Shown piece by piece: positions 1 through 5,804 of a DNA stretch of 5,804 nt. The stretch's first letter is position 1; every line of letters starts with the position of its first letter. The notes under the pieces are model-generated. The model was not told where the DNA came from. It made no database searches and saw only the letters and a list, made by a program, of their open reading frames with translations. The DNA comes from Octopus sinensis (Eukaryota): assembly GCF_006345805.1 (NCBI RefSeq), contig NW_021829824.1, positions 1-5,804 on the forward strand, in the 5' to 3' direction. A program made the translations under genes and the position numbers.

Positions 1-468
1 TTCCTCTAGCAAGTTCATCGAGAACTGACACACCCGCCCGCAAAGATTCGATCTCTTTTTGTATTGCTACTTTCCACTTAGGAGGTCTATTGACATGGTT
101 GGTCCTTTTCAGTGTCGTCCTGATACCTAGTTGAGCAGTTACAACTTTAGCAGAAGACTAAATGAGGTTATTTAAGGTTGTTAGGTCATTTCTCTTATTA
201 CTTAAGCTCTGTTTAAGAGCAACATTATAAATCATGATAGTGTTGTTCTTTTTTATGCTGTTTGAGAACTTTGCCAGTGGTCCCTCATTGATGATATTAG
301 TAGGCTCAGTTTTGTTGAGTTCTCTGATAATATCTTCTTTTGCTTCTATGATCTTCTTTTTATTATTCACCTCGAATTCTGTGTCATACCTATTCTGGTG
401 TTCTTGAGATAGCTCTACGGTCTCCTCTTTTTCCGCATTATCTTTTCTTCGCTATTCTTTCTTCAGCC

Positions 469-755
469 TCCTCGTTGGGATGTACTTATTTCTTTACTAC
501 CCACAAGGGGCTAAACACAGAGAGGACAAACAAAGACAGACAAACAGATTAAGTCGATTATATCGACCCCAGTGCGTAACTGGTACTTATTTAATCGACC
601 CCGAAAGGATGAAAGGCAAAGTCGACCTCGGCGGAATTTGAACTCAGAACGTAACGGCAGACAAATTACGGCTACGCATTTCGCCCGGCGTGCTAACGTT
701 TCTGCCAGCTCGCCGCCTTAAAGGATAAAAGGAAAAGTCCTCGTTGGGATGTACT
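469..755. repeat. 18-bp target-site duplication TCCTCGTTGGGATGTACT (469-486 and 738-755)
   Basis: Two identical 18-mers bracket the SINE. Collapsing them restores the retrotransposon reading frame across the junction (...VRAVHPNEEAEERIAKK). Confidence 0.95.
487..717 (-). mobile_element. Full-length tRNA-derived SINE, family 1 (Meta-domain-like core), monomer
   Basis: The reverse complement begins GGCGGCGAGCTGGCAGAAACG (A-box-like), has B-box-like GAGTTCAAATTCC and core GCCTTTCATCCTTTCGGGGTCGATTAAATAAGTACCAG, and ends GTGGGTAGTAAAGAAATA. Ungapped hand alignment to 2208-2438 gives 13 mismatches in 231 nt. Flanked by an 18-bp direct repeat. Confidence 0.93.
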
Positions 756-1391
756 GCTCGTACACTGGGTTTTGCGCATGTGTTACCTGTTTCATCTGAA
801 TTGTTGCTGTTTTCATTTGGTCTACCATGAGATATTTATGTCCTAATTTGGCCAATTTCAGCGTCAGTTAACCATTTATTCTTAATGATGTCTCAACACA
901 CATTGCTTAGTTTATTTTCGTCTATATATCTGCGTACATGATTGCCTAGTAAGTTTCTTCATGAAATGTAAGTTTGTACTATGAGGTTATTGTATGGGTT
1001 TAGTTGGACTGTATAGAAAGCTTGCAACATATCTCTATAATCCTCTCTAGTCCATTTCATGTGTTTGCTTGAGGTGATGTTTTTGGTGGAGTCAATAAGG
1101 TTAGAGTTATCCTGGTAACCTAGTAGATCGATTTTTAGAGAGTTTGTTCCAGCAGCAGACTTTTCACCCCCAGTCTGGTTCCTCAATGAGTAACGCGGTC
1201 TTTGTTGTCCCAGGTGATGACCGACCCGGCGAGAGTTTTGGCCTGTCATTAAGACATTGACAGTGACAATAGAAGACGGGTCTGTTTGTTCAGAGTTGAC
1301 TTTTTGACTTGACACCGCTTCCTTGTTCTTTGAATGAATATATTTATCATATAGTAGGCTAGTAGGTCGAAAGTCGCCTCTATTTTTTGTG

Positions 1392-1439
<48 letters not shown>

Positions 1440-1470
1440 TTATATTATCATATTATTATCATTATCATCA

Positions 1471-1509
<39 letters not shown>

Positions 1510-1564
1510 TATTATTATTATTATTATCATTATTATTATTATTATCATTATTATTATTATTATT
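1392..1564. repeat. (ATT)n/(TAA)n microsatellite with ATC interruptions
   Basis: Directly visible run of about 170 bp; it explains the poly-Ile/Leu ORF 1389-1598. Confidence 0.98.
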
Positions 1565-1572
1565 AAGATGTG

Positions 1573-1769
1573 GTTATCACGCCGGGCAAAATACTTAGCA
1601 GCATTCCGCCCGTCCTCACGTTCTGAGTTCAAATTCCGGTGAGGTCGACATTTCCTTTTATCCTTTCGGGGTCGATAAAATAAGTACCCCGTTGAGCACT
1701 GGGGTCGATGTAATCAACTTATTCACTTCACCCAAACTTGCAGGCCTTGTACCAAAATTTAAAACCAAT
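1573..1769 (+). mobile_element. SINE family 1, older 5'-eroded copy with an alternative 3' tail
   Basis: Shares CACGCCGGGC, CGTTCTGAGTTCAAATTCC, GAGGTCGAC and CCTTTCGGGGTCGATAAAATAAGTACC...CACTGGGGTCGATGTAATC with the other copies, then ends in CCCAAACTTGCAGGCCTTGTACCAAAATTTAAAACC, the tail type also seen at 4501-4538. Confidence 0.9.
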
Positions 1770-1774
1770 ATAGC

Positions 1775-2205
1775 GACATATCCCTTCGACAGAACCTACA
1801 AAGCACCAAAGGTCGAATTCCTGACTTGGAAAAAATCTAAAGACATGAGGCGGATAACATTATGAGATTTAGTAAGAAGTTTCTCAGATCACCTAAGATA
1901 TACATTTAGAGAACTTGTACGACTTTACAACAACAGGCCAACATTAGAGGGGCGGCATACATACCAGCACAAGGTTGTGTATGATTAGTTTTCCAGAAGG
2001 CTTTAAAGTAACAACATTGACAACCAGGATATTGGCTCTTAAGTTGTGCTTTTGCAATACAGGAGCAGGAAATAGCCACAAAATGCCTGATGTAAAAGAA
2101 AGAAAAACAGATAGGAATGCTTATAAATCACATAGGTGCGACAAACAATGCACGTTTTGTGCAGTCAATACTGAGAATATCATTCGCTTAATAAGTAGCT
2201 GTCTG
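1775..2205 (+). mobile_element. Decayed R4/Dong-like non-LTR retrotransposon, post-RT linker and zinc knuckle
   Basis: Pieced translation with stops and frameshifts: ISLRQNLQST (1778-), HEADNIMR (1844-1867), YQHKVV...NNID, AFAIQEQEIATK (2048-2083), then CTFCAVNTENIIRLISSC (2149-2202), a C-x2-C-x8-H-x4-C knuckle with His replaced by Arg (CGC, one change from CAC). AIQEQ followed by CCHC is the arrangement known from R4-clade elements with a restriction-like endonuclease. Confidence 0.8.
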
Positions 2206-2207
2206 AA

Positions 2208-2763
2208 GGCTTCGAGCTGGCAGAAACGTTAGCACGCCGGGCGAAATGCTTAGCGGTATTTCGTCTGTCTTTACGTTCTGAGTTCAAATTCCGCCGAGGT
2301 CGACTTTGCCTTTCATCCTTTCGGGGTCGATTAAATGAGTACCAGTTACGCACTGGGGTCGATATAATCGACTTAATTCGTTTGTCTTTCCTTGTTTGTC
2401 CTCTCTGTGTTTAGCCCCTTGTGGGTAGTAAAGAAATATGTATTTCGCCTGTTTTTACGTTCTGAGTTCAAATTCTGCCGAGGTCGACTTTGCCTTTCAT
2501 CCTTTCGGGGTCAATTAAATAAGTTCCAGTTACGCACTGTGGTCGATGTAATCGACTTAATCCGTTTGTCTGTCCTTGTTTGTCCCCTCTATGCTTAGCC
2601 CCTTGTGGGCAATAAAGAAACAAGAAACGGTAGCACGCCGGGCTAAATGCTTAGTGGTATTTCGCCTGTCTTTACGTTCTGAGTTCAAATTCCGCCGAAG
2701 GCGACTTTGCCTTTCATCCTTTCAGGGTCGATAAATTAAGTACCAGTTACACACTGAGGTCGA
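2208..2763 (+). mobile_element. Head-to-tail trimer of SINE family 1 (unit 1 2208-2438 full length; unit 2 ~2440-2622 5'-truncated; unit 3 ~2623-2763 clipped at both ends)
   Basis: Three consecutive copies of TTACGTTCTGAGTTCAAATT...GACTTTGCCTTTCATCCTTTC...CCAGTTAC, joined with essentially no spacer. Units 1 and 2 both end GCCCCTTGTGGG(T/C)A(G/A)TAAAGAAA. Confidence 0.93.
2218..2292 (+). promoter_or_regulatory. Putative internal RNA polymerase III promoter of the SINE (A-box-like 2218-2228, B-box-like 2282-2292)
   Basis: TGGCAGAAACG about 10 nt from the SINE 5' end and GTTCAAATTCC downstream resemble tRNA A and B boxes. Activity is not demonstrated. Confidence 0.6.
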
Positions 2764-2764
2764 A

Positions 2765-3250
2765 GCCCGAAAGGAACACAGAAAGAAACAAGGAGAGAAA
2801 ATAGAGAAAATAAAGAATGTGTAGTGTCTATCGATCTGCATACATAAAAACGAGAATATTTGTGACGAATTAATGGCAGTATTTAGAGCTGTTGAATCCT
2901 AACTACGAATTCTCATCGATGTATTAGGCTATATACCAACAAATTTGCACAAATACCTAGAATTTCACGGTTTTACGGAGAAAGATCAAAAGAAACTGCC
3001 GCAGATTCTCCGAATCCAATCTATTAGCGGCACAGTGAGAATTTGTAGACATTCCAGAGATCCTCCACCTGAGGTCCTATTGGGAATAATTGCACACACG
3101 TGGGTGTATGCATTGCCAATTCAACCAACACACCAGCTCGATCACATATCTATAAACATCGGAACCTATTTTAACTGAAAAGAAGTATTGTCGCTTTGTT
3201 AGCGAACAGCTTGAACTCTCTCAAGAAGAATTTCAATAAAACTCGAAGAA
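2765..3250 (+). mobile_element. Decayed C-terminus (restriction-like endonuclease region) and probable 3' UTR of the same plus-strand R4/Dong-like element
   Basis: Pieced translation NRENKECVV...KNENICDELM...LELLNPNYEFS...LGYIPTNLHKYLEFHGFTEKDQKKLPQILRIQSISGTVRIC (2924-3046) resembles the terminal G-x-LG...LQ...GT-x-x-I segment of R4-clade ORFs. It lies in the expected order after the zinc knuckle, but I could not find the PD catalytic motif (apparently deleted). AATAAA at 3235-3240 may mark the 3' end; that boundary is uncertain. Confidence 0.68.
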
Positions 3251-3528
3251 AAATCATACATACGTAGACGGATACATACAAGACTACCGTACTTGATGTT
3301 GGCTGAATTCCAAAGAAAATATTTTGTTTCTAGGCTACGGAGCAGATCGTTCTCCGTGGGTGATAAATTTGAAAAATTAATCAAGGACATGTATTCTTAC
3401 ATACAGTATATACAAGAAAAACGTTCCAGAGATCGTCCATAAGAGTTTCCTGTACTAAATATAATGAAAAATATCTAAAATTCTCCAGAGACTCCCAGCA
3501 TGGGAATTTCTGTACCAGACATATACAT

Positions 3529-3627
3529 ACTGCGTGACACCTTGGGCAAGTGTCTTCTATCATAGCCTCGGGCCGACTAAAGCCTTGTGAATGGATTTGG
3601 TAGACAGAAACTGAAAGAAGCCCGTCG

Positions 3628-3659
<32 letters not shown>

Positions 3660-3880
3660 CACATATATATATGTATGTGTGTTTGTGTCTGTGTTTGTCC
3701 CCCCAACATCGCTTGACAACCGATGGTGGTGTGTTTACGTCCCCGTAACATTAGCGGTTCGACAAAAGCGGCCGATAGAATAAGTACTAGGCTTACAAAG
3801 AATAAGTCCTGGGTTGATTTGTTCGACTAAAGGCGGTGCTCCGGCATGGCCGCTGTCAAATGACTGAAACAAATAAAAGA
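3529..3880 (+). mobile_element. SINE family 2 (CORE-like), 5'-truncated copy with internal (TA)n/(TG)n tract and 3' tail
   Basis: 3529-3627 aligns with 3980-4078 (TTGGGCAAGTGTCTTCTATCATAGCCTCGGGCCGA...TGGTAGACAGAAACTGAAAGAAGCCCG). CCTTGGGCAAGT resembles the CORE-SINE signature. It continues through the TA tract to GGCGGTGCTCCGGCATGGCCGCTGTCAAATGACTGAAACAAATAAAAGA, which I recall as a common octopus repeat end. Confidence 0.85.
3628..3655. repeat. (TA)14 microsatellite inside SINE family 2
   Basis: Perfect 28-nt TA run, followed by degenerate TA/TG repeats to about 3695. Confidence 0.97.
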
Positions 3881-3915
3881 ATACATCTACATACGCAAAC
3901 TGAATATATATCTTA

Positions 3916-4102
3916 GGCGCAAGCGTGACTGTATGGCAAGAAGCTTGCTTCACGGTCACATGGTTCCGGGTTCAGACTCGCTGCTTGGTACGTTGAGCAA
4001 GTGTCTGTTACTATAGCCTCGGGCCGATCAAAGCTTTCTGAATGGCTTTGGTAGACGGAAACTGAAAGAAGCCCGCCGCAATAATATATATGTATATATA
4101 TA
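3916..4102 (+). mobile_element. SINE family 2, 5' half with tRNA-like head, ending in the TA-rich tract
   Basis: Starts GGCGCAAGCG, has A-box-like TGACTGTATGG (3926-3936) and B-box-like GGTTCAGACTC (3969-3979), then the core homologous to 3529-3627, then degenerate TA repeats. Confidence 0.87.
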
Positions 4103-4278
4103 ATTTATATTTTGGACTGATAGGTCGATTAGTGTTTCAGTGTTGAGTAGAGCGCTGGCACTGTTTGGGGGCTACCTGGTACCATAACCAGTCGTGGTAT
4201 ATTTCTGTTGGACCTACTTAAGGAACACCGCAGTGTCAATTGGGGTAATTATAAGGGATGATGGCAGGAAAGTTGCAT

Positions 4279-4540
4279 GCTGGCAGAATCGTTTGCACGC
4301 CGGTCAAAATGCTTAACGGCATTTCGTCCGTCCATTACGTTCAGAGTTCAAATTCCACTGAGGTCGACTTTGTTTCTCATACTTTTCTATATGTCCTGAG
4401 TTCAACTTCCCTCGAGATCGACTTTACCTTTCATACTTACGGGGTTGTTAAAATTAGTACCAGTTGAACACTGGGGTTGAAAAAATCGACTCACCCCGTG
4501 CCCCAAATTCGCTGGCATTCTGCTGAAATTCGAAACCACA
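4279..4540 (+). mobile_element. SINE family 1, diverged copy with a ~54-bp internal duplication and the alternative tail
   Basis: GCTGGCAGAATCGTTTGCACGCCGG head; GAGTTCAA at both 4344 and 4398; AGTACCAGTTGAACACTGGGGT core; tail CCCCAAATTCGCTGGCATT...AAATTCGAAACC like that at 1730-1769. Confidence 0.88.
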
Positions 4541-4974
4541 ATTGATTTTGTTGCAATTAATGTTATTGTTGCTAAAATTGTCGCAAGAAATGTTGCTAAT
4601 TTATTCTTTGAAAGTGTATATGCTTTATCAGGAAATATTTTTTGTGTGTTTGCTTTCGTTTCTGTTCTGTTGCTCATCAGTAAAAAGGTATTAATTCTGA
4701 TAAGGAATGTTGCAGGGAATTTTTGTCTGTTAACGAATAAAGATGAACAGTTTTTTTCTTCTTCATAAATTAGAAGTATCTGTCCCTTCGCATCCCACCC
4801 CAGCCCTGCTTCTATATTTCAATGGGGAAAAGTGATGCAAACAATTAATTAACTTTTTGTGTAGAAATTTTTAATTAAAAAGAAACACTTTCCTCGCCAA
4901 ATTCCAGTCGGTAAGTACATGAAATTAGAAGAAAGAAAAGCATGTAACATGTCTGACTGACACGAAAATCGCAT

Positions 4975-5804
4975 CAGTACCAGCAGAAGCAGCAGCACCA
5001 CCGCCGCCGCCACCACCACTACCACCACTACCACCACTACCTCCTCCACCAATAACAACACCACCACAACAACCATCACTACTACCGCCGTTACTATCAC
5101 CACCACAACCACTACCACCACCACCACCACTACCGTCCCCACTTCCACCACCATCTGCATTTCCACCACCATCACTATCACCACCACCACCACCACCATC
5201 ATAACCACCATTATCGTCATCACCACCACCAACAACAACAACACCATCAACAGCAACTGTAACAGCAGCACCACCACCATCATCACCACCATCATCACCA
5301 CAATCACAATCACCACCACCATCACCACCACCATCACCACCACCATCATCACCACCATCACCACCACCATCACCACCATTACCATCACCACCACCATCAA
5401 CACCACCATCATCACCACCATCACCATCACCACAACCATCACACCACCACCACCATCACCACCACCATCACCATCACCACTTGCAACAAAAGAACAACAG
5501 CAACTCTAACACCACTACTCATCATCACCATCACCATCAGCAGCAACAACAACAGCAACTGTAACACCACTACCATCACCACCAGCACCATCACCAACAC
5601 TATCACCACCAGCAACAAAACAACCACCACCAACACCAACCACCACCACCAACCACAACCACCACCACCACCACCACCACCACCACCACCACCACCACAC
5701 ACCCCATCACCAACCATCACACCACCATCATCACCACATCACAATCACCACCACCACCACACCACCACCACCACCACCATCACCACCACCACCACCCACA
5801 ACCA
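4975..5804. repeat. Degenerate trinucleotide low-complexity tract (CAC/CAT/CAA/CAG/TAC), running off the right edge
   Basis: Directly visible, with purer (CAC)n near 5660-5697 and 5746-5778. It explains the poly-Val/Met/Gly/Trp ORFs. Confidence 0.97.

Larger units (their letters stand above)
1..1390 (-). mobile_element. Decayed 5' (N-terminal) portion of an R4/Dong-like non-LTR retrotransposon ORF, interrupted by a SINE at 487-737; continues beyond the left edge
   Basis: Manual minus-strand translation links ORFs 959-1315 and 158-370: MKWTREDYRDMLQAFY (from 1060)...TYIS*RNLLGNHVRRYIDENKLSNVC*DIIKNKWLTDAEIGQIRT*...; after removing the SINE plus one TSD copy and one frameshift near 440-455 it reads ...DLTTLNNLI*SSAKVVTAQLG...RPPKWKVAIQKEIESLRAGVSVLDEL. 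These motifs (KWT, N-x-L-I-Y-x-x-A, P-x-W...I-x-x-L-R) match my recollection of the pre-RT region of R4/Dong-clade ORFs. In-frame stops at 959-961, 893-895, 836-838 and 158-160 show it is dead. The RT domain is not in the window, so the clade call rests on recalled motifs. Confidence 0.8.

Noticed and set aside
158-1315. ORFs 158-370 and 959-1315 as independent small genes
   Set aside because: They are pieces of one retrotransposon ORF broken by stops, a frameshift and a SINE; the GTG starts are not meaningful in this eukaryotic context.
1340-1390. Possible self-cleaving ribozyme at the retroelement 5' end
   Set aside because: Only weak short stems; I could not build an HDV-like double pseudoknot or a hammerhead core by eye.
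1389-1598. ORF encoding poly-Ile/Leu
   Set aside because: Translation of the (ATT)n microsatellite.
2392-2598. 68-aa plus-strand ORF
   Set aside because: Lies wholly within SINE units; ORFs 3560-3751, 3735-3959 and 4258-4467 are likewise SINE-derived.
2208-2763. Repeated units with palindromes, superficially like a CRISPR array or ncRNA array next to a retroelement
   Set aside because: Units are 140-230 bp SINE copies with Pol III-like boxes and no unique spacers, also dispersed elsewhere in the window in both orientations; no cas genes.
3199-3719. Minus-strand ORFs 3199-3390 and 3381-3719
   Set aside because: No recognisable motifs; the second crosses a SINE and the (TA)n tract.
3916-3990. 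Possible tRNA gene
   Set aside because: A/B-box-like motifs are present, but I could not fold a convincing cloverleaf and it runs directly into the SINE core.
4402-4677. 91-aa ORF with a hydrophobic LATFLATILATITLIAT stretch resembling a membrane peptide
   Set aside because: The stretch comes from a short degenerate 12-bp TGTTGC-type repeat (4549-4602), and the C-terminal half is antisense SINE.
4849-5720. Minus-strand poly-Val/Met, poly-Gly and poly-Trp ORFs
   Set aside because: Artefacts of a stop-poor trinucleotide tract; no domain content.

Overview
Eukaryotic, gene-free, repeat-saturated DNA; the SINE families look like those I recall from Octopus genomes (inference). No intact protein-coding gene and no prokaryote-type system is present. 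The window holds: (i) the decayed 5' part of an R4/Dong-like non-LTR retrotransposon on the minus strand (1-~1390), whose 5' end abuts a (TAA)n microsatellite and which is interrupted by a young tRNA-type SINE with a perfect 18-bp target-site duplication; (ii) a heavily decayed 3' part (post-RT linker, zinc knuckle, endonuclease C-terminus) of an R4/Dong-like element on the plus strand (~1775-3250), split by a head-to-tail SINE trimer; (iii) two more copies of that SINE family, one with an internal B-box duplication; (iv) two partial copies of a second, CORE-like SINE family with an internal (TA)n tract; (v) a >800-bp degenerate CAC/CAT/CAA trinucleotide tract. The supplied ORFs are retroelement remnants, microsatellite artefacts or unassignable short frames. 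I found no convincing new biological system; the interest lies in the retroelement architecture.
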